DNA of 64,000 nucleotides. Origin: Daphnia carinata. Its lineage: Eukaryota. Position 1 is the stretch's first letter; each line of letters starts with the position of its first letter. The position numbers and the translations under genes were made by a program. The notes under the pieces are model-generated. The model saw only the letters and a list, made by a program, of their open reading frames with translations, had not been told where the DNA came from and ran no database searches. This document shows positions 51,464 to 64,000 of the stretch, one piece after another. The stretch covers positions 2,976,001 to 3,040,000 of the forward strand of contig NC_081333.1 of NCBI RefSeq assembly GCF_022539665.2, given 5' to 3'.

Positions 51464-54400
51464 TTACAGTTTGTCCATAAACCTCGAAGGCAAAGTGGTG
51501 TCGTAGGCTCGAACCATATCTCCTTGCCGTACCGCTCCGTGCTCTTCTTGTGAGAAAGCGTATCCGTCTGGAAATGAGATAGAAACAACAAGACAAACAC
51601 ACACACAAACAAACTGTATAGTGAACAATGGTTATCTGTATTAACTTAAAAAAAAAAGGAAAAAAAAAAGAAAAATTTTATCGAGGTTACTTTGTACAAA
51701 AACGAAACAAATAGCGCTTAAGTCGTAAAGTTGTTAATTTTTTAAAGAATTTGTTCAGAAAAATGAGGAAGATTACGAGAAAGTTCGAGTTCCGTTTGGC
51801 CGCGAGCTCCATCCGATGAAGTGTGCGGCCGTCGGAAAACATTGCGGACGCTGCGCATCAATCGGGCTGTCTCCACCAATCTGCATAAACGAACGTGTTG
51901 GAAAGGGACGAATGAATAAAAAAAAAAAAATGCATTTAATAATTACTTGGTCCTTGAGTCCCTCCGCTGACTATCCAACAGCTTCCCCGATTCGGATCGC
52001 TGTAGGTTTATCTCTCTTTCGCATACTTGGTCAGTGAATGACTTGAACATTGTGTTCCAAAACCTGTATCGCAATTGATGAATAATGATTATGTTTTTTA
52101 AAAAATAAATTATGTGAACGAATACGTTTTGATGGAAAAATCGGAAAGTAGGGCAGTGACTGGGGCCAGGATCAACCCGAACCAAAATACTGGCGAAGAC
52201 ATGAGCATGTGTGACATGCCGGCCATGTTGGCAGCAATGGGTAAACTCGGCCAGAAATGACTGTAGAAACCGATACAAATAAACATGACGATAAAAAAGA
52301 AATACAGTTAATGCAAAGGTTTTACCTGTAAAAAGCCAAAAAGAGGAACCAGGTCAAAACAGATCCCCCGATGGCCAATAAAGAAAGCCACGTCCATGAC
52401 GAGGTTTCCAGGGCCGCTTTCAGACACACTGTGACCACCACGTAAGTGTACACAGCATTGCCCAGTATCAGATAGCCACCATCTTTGCCGTTAGACCACA
52501 CAATATCCTCGCCAAAGGCCATCAACGGTAGCCAAAACAGCAACACGGAATGAAGCAGAGCTGTGCCAAAGCCAGAATTACAACTCGATCGTGTGGCAAT
52601 ACGAAACGCTGACTTACCTTTCAACATCCAGTACCAAAAGACCTTGACATTGAAATGTTGGGCAGTTTGGGAAGGTTTGTAGAGCTGAGGGTATCTGTAG
52701 GAAACCTCGGCGGTGCATCGGCGGTCAAAAAGTCCCAGAGCTAAAGGTGGTGCAGCTGTGAATAGTACATTGTAGAGACCGATGGTCCATCGCTCAAAGA
52801 GGATCTGCCCCGACCAGGCAGAGTAATGGGCGAACCAAAGTTCAATGACGTAGAGGGTAATGTTCTTGTAGAACGAGTAGAGAATGAGACGGCACATGCG
52901 GTAGTAGTTGGAGGCGCCGTGGACGAGGAGTAGCCGCCGTAGGAAGCGGAACTGGGCGATGGAGTAATCCGAAGCGCAGGCCGCTTGCAAGCCCTCCATT
53001 CCGGAGATGCCGACTCCGACGTGGGCCTTTTGGATCATGGCCACATCATTGGCACCGTCGCCGATGGCCAGCGTCACGGCTTGCGTCTCAACTGTCACGG
53101 CCTCGACAATCTCGGCCTTCTGACTGGGCGTAACACGGCAGCAAATAACTGCCCGACACTGCAGGCACAGTTGAAGGAAATCTTTCTTCAAATCGCAGCT
53201 CATGGCGTACTTCAGCGTCTGGCCGTCGACGACCAGGGCGGCCGATGAGGCCATCGTGATGCTGAGGGGTGAACTACCTTCAGATCGGGTGCTCAACCAC
53301 CGACCAATGACTTCCCTGGTCCCCTGCAATAAAAAGGTAAAACAATAAAAGTCAAAAGCCGGAACGAACCGGTTTAAGCGTGTCGACTTACATCGAGCGA
53401 ATCCTCATTCATGACCAATAATTCCATGTTCGAATTCAGAAGGCGACACGCGTGTCCGATATTAATGGCCGTTTCCTGCTTGTCACCCGTCAACATCCAA
53501 AGGCGGATGTCCGCCTCTAGTAATGCTTCAATTGTTTCCGGAACCTAGTCGACAAGTAGAAAACTTGATAAAAAATTTTGTATCCAAACAAAAGGAAAGG
53601 GATATCCCGCTAACCTCTTCTTGCAATTTGTCTTCAATGGCCGTAGCGCCAAGCAGGACCAAATTGTTCTCAATGAGGTTGGCCGCATCCGACAATTTCT
53701 CCTCTCGATTCTGCATCGAAGTGGACGCTCTGTGGTACGTGTGCTTCCATTCTTCGTAAATGTCGTGAGGGATCTCGGCCACTGCGCAGCACAGGGTGCG
53801 CAGGCCTTCACGGGCGAACGATTCCAAATGGCTTGTTGTCACCTGTTTCGAAACATTAAGCATAAAGAAAAAAAAAAAAAGGAATCGAATCTGACCGGAT
53901 ACCTGTCTGATGTATTGTTGGTGTTGTTGAGGGCCGGTAGGGACGACGTTGCCTAATCGCTCATAAATGACGGTATCGGCTCCTTTGCAAAAGAGCTTTA
54001 TCTTTCCGGAAGGCGTCCGGACAATGACCGACATGCGTTTACGGTCGCTGCTGAACTCGAGGATGTGAAGGAGTTGGTAACGATGTTCCATACCCTCGGC
54101 TGTGATCTATCGCAATCGAAAGCCCCAGGCATTAATCATCATGTGATGCATCACTGGCGTCGTAATACAAGGCAAAAAATCAATGCCATACAACGTACCG
54201 TGAGTGTTTCTGGTGTGCGTGACGACAGGACCCATCCTAAACGGGCGGCTCCTTGAATCAGAGCTCTTTCATCTAATAAAAAGAAAAAGGAAAAAGTCAC
54301 GAACGGAGAATGTAAGACGGGGGGAGATTAGCAATTCCCACATAAAACCAATCACGATAAGTGAGAACATGAGCATCTAGGGTGCTGCTTATAAATTGAT

Positions 54401-57400
54401 TAAAGACCTGGAGAAGCAGCGTGATAGTGTAGGATGTTCGGATTGGTTTCATCCTTTTCGGGTATGACCGTGTGACAGACAGCCAAAAGGGTAAGGAACT
54501 CTCGGATGTAGGGGGCGTTCGAATGTTTGGCCGTCAAATCCTGGATCATTGATGAAGCCATGCCCGAACTGTTGACGACCACATCGTTTTTGGCCGAGTA
54601 GATAGTACCACCCACTGAGCACTGCTGAAACTCCATTATATTTTGCGTCAACGTGCCCGTCTTGTCAGTGAAAACGTATTTAACTTGTCCGAGTTCCTCG
54701 TTCAAATTAGAAGTTCGGGCACACGCCGGCGTGTTCGTCGCTACGTGGTACATTTCCAAATCATTGTTGATGAATGTGGCCTACAAGAGAAATTGGACAT
54801 GAGTAATCTTATTTGAGAGCTAACAGCAGAACAAACATTTTGAACAGACTGTGTCCGACCTGAAAAAACCGCACCACTTCGATCGTGACTTGCAAGGAAA
54901 TGGGGATGAGGTTGTTAAAAAGAATGATGTACGTCAATAAATTGTAGCCGAAGTTGGCAGTTGGTAAATCTGGATAGAGAAAAAAAAAAGACATGCGATT
55001 CCATCAATCACAAACCGATGAAATGAAGCTTGGTAATCATAATTTCTTTGAAGTTAATTAAGCAAAGCAGTCCATAAGCGAACGGGGTACAACTGTTAGC
55101 TGAACAAAGGATGTTACTAGTTTTAAGGTTTTGTAATTTGTGTTTACCTTCTAATCCAATGTACCAATGTGAGAAGCCAAAATAGGAGGCCCAAAACTCA
55201 TTGAAACTGGAAGCCAGTAATGCGAGCATAACCAGCAAGAAAAACAGTAACAAGATTTGCATATTGGCCGCTTGATCTACAGTCGATCTCTACAGATTGC
55301 GTCCGCCCGCAAAAAAGAAAAAAAAATCGAAGCAACTGATTATTTTCAATGAATCACAAATGAAAATGTCATCCATTCAACTTTTAACGGCGCGGCTGCA
55401 GATGAATTTTGCAATAGTTTGGTCTCATGGCCGGTATAGAGGACGATTCCGGTTGCCCATTTGGTGTTTTGAAGCCGGGCTCCTCTCTGTAGCAATTGAT
55501 CCGGACCTAAACAACCCAAACGTCATTTACTATTATAAACGAGTATCTGCGTCAAGGGATATATATAGAAAAAAAAGGCGATCGCACATAAGTAGCTCAG
55601 CAACGATACCTAAGGCAAGCGGCTCATATTTGGCGAGTCGGAGCGTGCCATTGAATTCGTACAAGTGACGATTGGGTAGTTCGCAGTGGAGAATGCCTTG
55701 CAAATCCTTCAGAGCTGATACGCTCAACAGTTTGGCCGTTGTCGGCAAAGCTTGGCGGATCTTCAAGTTGGTTTCACCGTCCAAATTGGCCGTCTCGATA
55801 TAGCACAACGAATGTGGCTCACTGTGCCAAACATCCGTACAATAGGTCAATGTAGGATTAGTGACCTACCTCACGCACAAACAATAAATACAATAAAACA
55901 ATACATACCTTGAGGAAATCAAGATTAAATCAGCTGGGAAAAACGCCCCCGCTCTGACTCTGACGACATCTCCGACATTAATTTGCTGCCAAGCTAACCA
56001 GAGCCATTGGCCATCACGCAAGACTTCCACCTGCCTTTTATTGGTCTCCTGGTCAGCTTTATGTCGTTTCTGTTCAACGTTACAAAAATGTAAATATTAT
56101 TTAAAAATGCTTCCTATTTCAACATAATATACACTTACGACATCTTCGACAATTTCCTTAGTGGCCGACACGGCTAGGATGAACAGCAATGGAACGAGCG
56201 TCGTGTATCGACCCGTCGGTGAAACATCGGGAATTTGCTGCCATACGACGAACCAAAACATACGAGAAAAATCAAAACAAAGAAGAAAAAAAACGGGTCA
56301 GATAAAAGGGTGCCGCTGTGCAAGAAGATCAAATATGGAAAAGAACAAAATACCAGGAAGCAGAAAATATATACCAAAATAAAAGTTGGGCATAGCCAGA
56401 CATAGATCAATCAGATAGGTCACGCCGTGTAGTAGAGGACGACGGAAATTTGGACGCATTCAGCTGAAAGTTCCCAAAAAAGAATTTGGCCATTGTGTTT
56501 TCCTTGCCAACACGATTCTCGTCTGATGGTTCAAACCAACCAAGAAAAAAAAAAATCGGACAAGATTCTCTCTCTCCTCAAAACCCTGTGACAAAGCAAA
56601 AAAGACATATTGCTTTTTCTTTTCTTACCCCAACCCATTTCAAAGTGCGGTTTTCCCCTTCACTTGGTCATTAGTGTCGCAATTAGGCTTTCCACTAGAA
56701 GAATCATCCCATTCCAAGAAAACGCGAAAGGGTTCCTTGCACTCCAACAAAATGGGGCGGTTACGTGTAGGACATTAAGAAAGAAAGTGAACTTATTTTC
56801 TCAGAAACTCTTGTCTTCTTTCTCAATAGTCTCTAAAACAAATAGACTTCATACATGGCTACCGCTCTACAGCAACAAGGCTAATACGCATTGATTTTCC
56901 AGGACGGCTATAAACTTGCCCCTAGCTTCCCATTTCTTTGCAAGAAACTTGCACTGAGGAAAATGGTGAAACGATTTTAGAGCGTGCAACTTTGACATGA
57001 TTGGCTTTCGAGTAGGGGTGTACACGGTACGCCTCGCCGTCTCCTCCCAAAAAATCAATGAGATTAAGGTGTGCGACACTTGGTAGGGCCTACATTTTCC
57101 TGTTAACGCGGCTCAGACAAACTACACGATCAATTTCCCATCATCTGCTACGCCACAGGACATTTCACCATCAAATAGGATTGCGGCCGATTTGTAATAC
57201 ATGCTTTTCAACTGGAAATAAAGGTAAAATGAATGTTTTGATTTACCTGGAGTAGGGCGATGAATAGGAAAAAGCAGTTGGAGTAGCGTCGAAATTGCTC
57301 AAAGAGGAAGCAAGGTAGGAAGGAGAGGGCGTTGTATTTCGCCGTCGAGACCCGGTTGCTGCAAAAACGCTGTCCAGTCACCTGGATCCGGATGGCACGA

Positions 57401-58467
57401 AGTTCCACACATTCGGCCGCCTCGGTGGCGCCCGACGTCCGGTCGTCCTCCTCCTCTGTAACTCGCATATCACATCACAACTCGGATAGTTATCATCAAA
57501 TTATCCGATCAAGTGGGAGAAGAAGGAGAACTAGAAGTACAGGGAGGACTTTTTGCGTTTCCATTCGGCTCCAAACGCACAAAAATCATCGCACCAATCG
57601 ACTACAAGAACAAAAATAACCGAATTGAAGGACAAAAAGGAAACTAAATCACGCCCACTAGCATCAAACACAATCACTATGCAAATATCCTAGGAACATT
57701 GGATCCGTTAGTGTTCTTCAATAACAGCAAGAAAAAAACAAACAATGCCCCTCTTTAATATTCTCGAGTTCTTTCTTGTTCAGCAACAGGCGGCGGTGAT
57801 AGGGCAGGGTGACGACACCCGGCATCTGCCGTCGTTGTCGTCTTCGATTCTCCCTTGAAATGAGAAGGAAAAAGTGAAGCACACCAGTCGAGTAGTGTTC
57901 CTTATTCTTTTTCCTTCTGATGTTTCTAACCCCCGTTTTGCTTCTGAGGAAAACCCCCACGCAGAGAAAATTGTTGGAGAGCGCAAGCGTCGACCGCCGG
58001 TCAATAATTTTCTCTTCACGAAACGCACCAAAGATCTTACTTGTACAAACTGTAGTTCTGTACACTAGTATATTACTGTACATGCACAATACGGAAGAGA
58101 AACGGAAAAGAATAAAGGAAAAAGACCGGAAAACGTGCAGCCCTTACCAGAAAGCCATCAATAGCATGTCTACTACCGAGGTCGGCCATTCAACATATTA
58201 AAATATTAGGATTTGTTTTCTAGCACAAAGGATGGATTAATAGAATCCAAGGATGAACTCAGTCAATATTGAATAACACAACAGAGAAACGTGACGGAAA
58301 TAATCAAAGCTGAATGCATTTAAGATTATAATGGCGTATTGTTTTGAAAGAGAATAAAAAAGACGACACGAAACGAAGAGTCTATGAGTAGAGTCTAAAT
58401 TTTTGAATTCAAATGTTTGTTTGTGAACGTTACCGCTTAGTCGACTGATCATGCCAAAAGTTCCCAT
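51464..58467 (-). CDS. ATP8A1: Phospholipid-transporting P4-ATPase (ATP8A1/2 type), multi-exon; first exon tentative
   Basis: [76 protein letters not shown] and C-terminal GYAFSQEE. A putative first exon [11 protein letters not shown] (58467-58434) splices in frame to EEEDDRTSG. Confidence 0.93.
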
Positions 58468-59114
58468 TGGTATCGCTTTAATGGCGCGCAGAAAAGGTGC
58501 AGAGATGCAGCTGGTTCTTAAACCTTTCACTATTTCATGTAAACAAAATTTGAACAACGGGTTGACTCACACGCCGACGTAAACACAAACATCCAAACTG
58601 TAAAACGGGATTTCCAGTTTTAAAATGTCTTCCAGTTTAGCCTTCACTGTCGAACTGCATAACGCCACTTGGGGATAAAATTACCTTAGGCTGTTGTAGT
58701 TAAAAAAAAAGAACAGCTCAGAAATCCCAGAAAAGATAGACTTTTACTGTTTGTTTTTTAATCAGGTGAGTTTTCTTTCTGCAGTTGTTCTATCATTTCC
58801 CAACTGATATGAAATATAGCCACAAAAAGAGGTATTATATATATCTAGTTGGAATTCGCACTCGATGCCACTATGCAGCACACAGCACTGTATCTCCTTT
58901 ACCTTCGACACGAGAAAAGAACCGCCCTCCTCCAAGCGAAACACCAACTGCCATGCGCCATTTGTCTCAAAAGGGGATGTTTGAATGCAACAAGTAACAG
59001 AGCCATCTACTGATAAAAAGCTCTATTTCTTTTTTTTTTCGAATACGAATTTGAAAGCTCTTAACATCGTATGCTAAATTATTTCTATAAAATATCACGT
59101 TATCAAATATGGTG

Positions 59115-60414
59115 TTATAAATTTTCGAGGAATTTTAATCGAGTCATAATGGCGAGTTTCCCTGCCAGAATGCCGTGTAACTCGATCCGGTTCCAAAGGG
59201 TGGCCATGATAAGGCAAAAAACGGCGACTAGAGTCATGAACAAATGGGTGACTGTCAAGGTGTAGTGAACAATGCGTGAGCCATCGTGGGAAAAAGGAAG
59301 AGTCGCTAACAGAACGATAAATAGACCAAAGGCCAGCCAATAGTTCCGTCTGTCATTGGAGAGATTCCTAAGCGCAGAATCACACACCTGTAAAGCTTCC
59401 TTCAATGACCAGATGGACAATTCTTTGCTCCGGCTTTCATCGGCAACATTAGGCTGGTTTTCCACAATTCTAAATTTGGCACAAACTGCTTCATGGTCTG
59501 AGTAACTAAAGGAATAGCCAGGAATGCGAGATGGAAGTGGAATGTTGACATTAACTGTCTCAATATGTAGGCCTTCTCTTGAACTACCCATGATGAAATC
59601 GATGCGTTTGCCATTAGGACAGGTATTCAGGCTTTCTATCGCTGTATACGAGTTGGCTGGTGTTTCACTAGTCGTACCTTCAGAGTCCGGCTGTAAATGA
59701 AAATAAGAATTATATTGTTCAAGTTAAAATTTAATCCATACAATTAAAATACTAGTACCTTTCCAGTGGTAAGATACAAATCTTGCAATGAGGTATGGTC
59801 GCAAATAAGTCGGTAGGCAAGACTTCCTGGCTCAGTATTTAAATCACCGCCAAGGATACAAACGTCAGCTTTGTTCCGCGTGTAGCGTATCATTTGTGAT
59901 GTTTCAAAGGCTTGTACTACCCGGTGGGCATGGTATTCATCACTTGCCGGGTTGTATTCTGCATGTAACTGAGAAAAATTTTAATAGTAGGCTACACTCA
60001 AACTAAACTGAATTACAAACTTACATGAGTTACATAAAGATTAATTTTCAGACCATGGTAAATAACTGTGCACAGACCAACACCTTTCCCTCCAAACCAG
60101 TCCCCATGCTGAATTTTGTGGATGTACCCATTAAGGCTCCAAGCATGGAAGTAAACATCCACAATCTTGGCTTTTGAGAGAATACAAACTCCACCACCAA
60201 TGACCCCACTGTGAAAGTAGTGACTGTAGGGCATGACATTCACCACCTTGTTGGCTATCAGTTGGAAATCTTCTTCTACCCAGACCTCTTGCAAGAACAC
60301 AAAATCATAACATCCTGATTGCAGATGGTTTGCTATTGCATCTATGCGAATCTTGCGATCTTTCGAAACTCCAGCAATGCCCCAGCAGTTTAAAGTCAAA
60401 GCCGTCAACTCCAT
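59115..60414 (-). CDS. SMPD2: Neutral sphingomyelinase (SMPD2/nSMase1 type), three coding exons
   Basis: LTLNCWG, FLQEVW, IQHGDWFGGKGVG, THLHAEY, GGDLN, GKRIDFI, SDHEAV and two C-terminal TM helices. Confidence 0.92.
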
Positions 60415-60657
60415 TATCTGATATGCAAAAAGATAAGAACAGTAAGGGCACTTTGTTCTATGCTGTGAAGCTTACCTGCAGTGGCAAATGATACTTTTAT
60501 ATAGAATATGCAATTGTTTCAAAATGAATGAAATTACACAACAGATTTTAAAACAATGACAAAAACGGCAAAGGACGTGATTTAAGTATTAGGGTTTTTG
60601 CCACTTCTAGCTAAACACGTGAGATTGCCCTGTTGTCAACAAACAGTCAGCTGCTAC

Positions 60658-60785
60658 TATCGATATTGAAGCAATCGATTTTTTCGCGCTTGGCTGAGTA
60701 TCGTCTGCGTCATAGGACGTTCTCCATGAAGACCTTGTTGATCAGCTGGTCATCTTTTTGTATCGATAGCTTTCCACTATCGATT
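60658..60785. promoter_or_regulatory. DRE-like (TATCGATA) motifs in the divergent SMPD2 / DCN1-like promoter
   Basis: TATCGATA at 60658-60665 and 60761-60768, and TATCGATT at 60778-60785. Confidence 0.5.
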
Positions 60786-61109
60786 ACTTGTCTCGAAGAA
60801 GGTAAGGGTAAGCCCTAAAAGCCCATCGAAGGGTTTTCGTTTCACCGTCAGAAAGATAGAAATATAACGTTTGGAACGAACAAATCTAATTAGGATACCG
60901 TTGGTCAGAATAAACATATTACTCTTGCTTGTAATTCACCCTAAAAACCTTCGGTAGTTAATTGCCTTCAAAAACTCAAACTAGCTAACCTTTTCAAGGA
61001 CGTATACGAAACCCATCTGTATGCCCAGCCGTCAGATTCAATTGATTAGGAAATCGGTGAACACTTTTTTCGCCTCAATCCACGGGCGAAAAGGAAACAG
61101 GCAAGTGTA

Positions 61110-62118
61110 ATGCCTCGCAATAGCAACAACAGTACCAAGAGGAAAATGGATCTGGGTGAGGATCTTAGCTCATTGTTTGGAAAACGGTCAAAAACTAGCA
61201 GCAGCAGCACTGTGAATCGCTCTAGAACCAAAGGGATGGAAGAGGCACCCACCTCATTTAACCAAAAAAAATGTGTTGCCTGGTTTCGACAATACAGCAC
61301 CCCCAGCAACACAGATACCATAGGTAATGTTTGTTGTTTTTCTTTTAGCTGACCTGAATAAACTTTTTATTTATGTACGTATATGTAGGGCCTGAAGGTG
61401 TTGAAGCATTTTGTCGGGATCTAAATGTGGAGCCAGAAAATATTGCATTGCTAGTCTTGTCATGGAAAATGGGAGCCAAACAAATGGGTTATTTCACGTT
61501 GCAAGAATGGCTACTTGGCCTTACAGATTTACAGTAAATATTTTTATTTGTCTCGTAGTTGCATTAAACTTTTTTAATAATTTTTTCCCACCTTAATTAC
61601 AGATGTGATTCATTAGTAAAGCTACAAGGGAAACTTAACTACCTTCATTCATTGTTGCTGGACAGTTCCCATTTCAAGTCCATCTACCGATATGCCTTTG
61701 ATTTTTCTAAGGTAATCTATAATTTTATGCTTCAACCACTTTGGACCAGTAATTACAACCATATAATTAGGATAAAGATCAGAGAAGTTTAGACATTGAA
61801 ACTGCCAAAGCAATGTTAGGTTTGTTGCTTGGAAGGCAGTGGTCGCTCTTGAATTCCTTTTTCCAGTTCTTAGATCAATCTCGGTACCGCGTTTTGAACA
61901 AAGACCAATGGTGCAACGTGCTCGAGTTTTCACGTGCTGTTGACGTAGATTTGAAGAACTACGATGTTGACGGAGCTTGTGAGTCTCACACTAAAATACA
62001 ATGGTTCAGATTACGGAGTTTTAATAATCATGTTCTTTGTCTAATTTCAGGGCCTGTGATGCTGGATGAATTTGTAGAATGGCTCAAGGTGAATAGAGGG
62101 GAATCGAACATTCAATAA
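61110..62118 (+). CDS. DCUN1D5: DCN1-like protein (DCUN1D4/5 type), multi-exon
   Basis: [92 protein letters not shown]. Confidence 0.92.
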
Positions 62119-62414
62119 ATACTTTTCTTAGAAAATTTCAATGCTCTGATCGTCCATATATTTCCCAACCATCCTTAATCGGAGGGGGTTTTAAGCCTGC
62201 TGTCTTTCGAGCTGCCAGCCCGGATTTCATCACTCCCCCCAGTGAGTGGAGCACAACTATTTGCCGAAAAAATTCACTTTTTTTTCTTTTTTCTGTTTGT
62301 TATTTTGATTTGAAACAATACAAAAAAGGCTCTACTCTTTTCAATCAAAAAGAATTGCGCGTCACATTTATTACGTCAAACCCTTCCAACTTGCAAAAAT
62401 CTACTTGACTTGGT

Positions 62415-63674
62415 TTACTTACACATACGATCAGATTTCATTTTGCTGCGCCTATCTAATAGGGCTTCGTGTAGGTATCCTTCGGCCTTTGCAGATTTGA
62501 GAACTTCGCGACTCTCTGTATTAATCCGCATTTTCTTATCTTGAAATTTTTGAAACTGCTTCCTAAAAACAAAAAACAACAGTTCGTTATTAGCAAAATA
62601 GCTTGTACTAGCAGTGAAGTGTAATGGAAGATGTGGATAGACACTAACACGTAGTTTATCTCAATTTGCTCAACACTGCCCTTCTCCTCAATAGGTCCTT
62701 TATTCTTTTTCTTGCTTTCAATATCTGCTTCCAGGTTTTTATTACACCGCAACTATATGATAAAATCAGTGTAAGTTTTTCTTAATTTTTTTTTTTTTTA
62801 AATATACATTTTTCCTACTTTCAGTATTTCATCCGGTCCGGCAGTGATACTCTGGGCGTAAAAACTGTCATCTTCCGGGGAAACGGAAACGAATTTGCTG
62901 TTAGCAGCTTGTAAAGCTAGTTTTCCATCCTAATGCAGTAAGTTTATTACATATGTTTGATTTTTAAATGAAACAGGTTACACTTACTTGAAAAACAGGT
63001 TCAAACTGTTCTAGAGCACTTACAGCATCTGATCGACCAACAACTATGCCATTCTTGTCAATACCAAGGTACTTTCCATATCCAGATTTAAGCGTGATTT
63101 TGGTTTCACCAACTGGGAAAGCTGTAAAAATCTCTTCGGGTGCAGGTGGATCTCCTTAAAAACCATGTGAATCAATTCAACTGTCTACTTAGATATTCCT
63201 GTAAATGTATTCCATGTGAAATGCTATGGCAAGTCCCTACCTTCATCATGTGGTGGTCCTAATACAAACAAACCATTGTCCAGTGCTTTGATATAACATC
63301 GCTCGCCAAACTCGATTGCTAAAGCTCCTGATATTTGTGAAAAATTTTGCACAGCCCACCATCCACCTTTACATAATTTAAAATTGTAAATCCCACTGGA
63401 AATAAGACTTTTTTATCAAATTGTTACCATGCTTTATCATATCTTCTTTGTCTGATGCTGCTACAGCTTCCTCATGGGTGCGTTTCTTAGACTTATGTTT
63501 CTTGATTGGCCTTAAAATTATAAGGAAAAAATTAATTAATTTAAGAATACACATACATTTCAGCAAATTAATAACTATCTATTGATTAAAAGACAAAACT
63601 GAAATTTTTTACTTGAGATCCTTCTGCCCCTTCAATTTGAGTCTTCCTGTTCGAATTGCAGAATACTCCGCCAT
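62415..63674 (-). CDS. FRG1: Protein FRG1 homolog, multi-exon
   Basis: MAEYSAIRTGRLKLKG, GGWW, YIKALDNGLFVLGPPH, PEEIFTA, LKSGYGKYLG, GRSDAV..EQFEPVFQ, KQFQKFQD, LHEALLDRRSKMKSDRMCK*. Confidence 0.95.
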
Positions 63675-64000
63675 AACGACAAATAATACTAAAAGAAAAT
63701 CAACAACTGATCGAATCAGAACGAGATACTATATGAATACTAATAAAATAAATTGGTTTTGCTTTCTCGTTCAGTACAAATAGCTTGAAATAAGAGTAAA
63801 ATGTCCAACAACACTGTTGTGATTCTCTATGCAGAGTTGCCAAAGGGTTGCTTGATAAACTGCAATTTAACCTTTAAACCTGTTTAAAAAGTTAATTAGT
63901 TAAACTTGTATCATAAAAGTGTGAATCACGAATCAAATTGCTTATTCATCGTGAAGCACAAAAAAGTATTATTAATTTATTGTTTTATTATAACAGTTGA

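Overview
Eukaryotic, gene-dense arthropod DNA with many ~60-70 nt GT-AG introns, most consistent with a water flea (Daphnia-like cladoceran; this is an inference). Genes in order: 3' part of URB1 (+), ATP synthase OSCP (-), AP-2 sigma (+), a small three-exon orphan with possible C1orf115/RDD1 similarity (+), MRCK/genghis khan kinase (+), MSH6 (-, with an apparent 1-nt frameshift inside its PWWP exon), PP5 (+), SEL1L/Hrd3 (-), two tandem single-domain galectins (-), tRNA-Ala(CGC) (-), an IRE1-like pseudokinase (-), P4-ATPase ATP8A (-), neutral sphingomyelinase (-), a DCN1-like protein (+) and FRG1 (-). The most unusual structure is a ~5.6 kb foldback-type element between MRCK and MSH6, with no recognisable transposase. 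It has diverged ~165 bp outer inverted ends, a nested palindrome and two near-identical ~1.78 kb inverted arms. Each arm ends in a GC-rich, hairpin-dense block, and the 937 bp spacer holds three tRNA-like units, two of them pointing outward. All gene models and alignments were made by eye; no database search was run.
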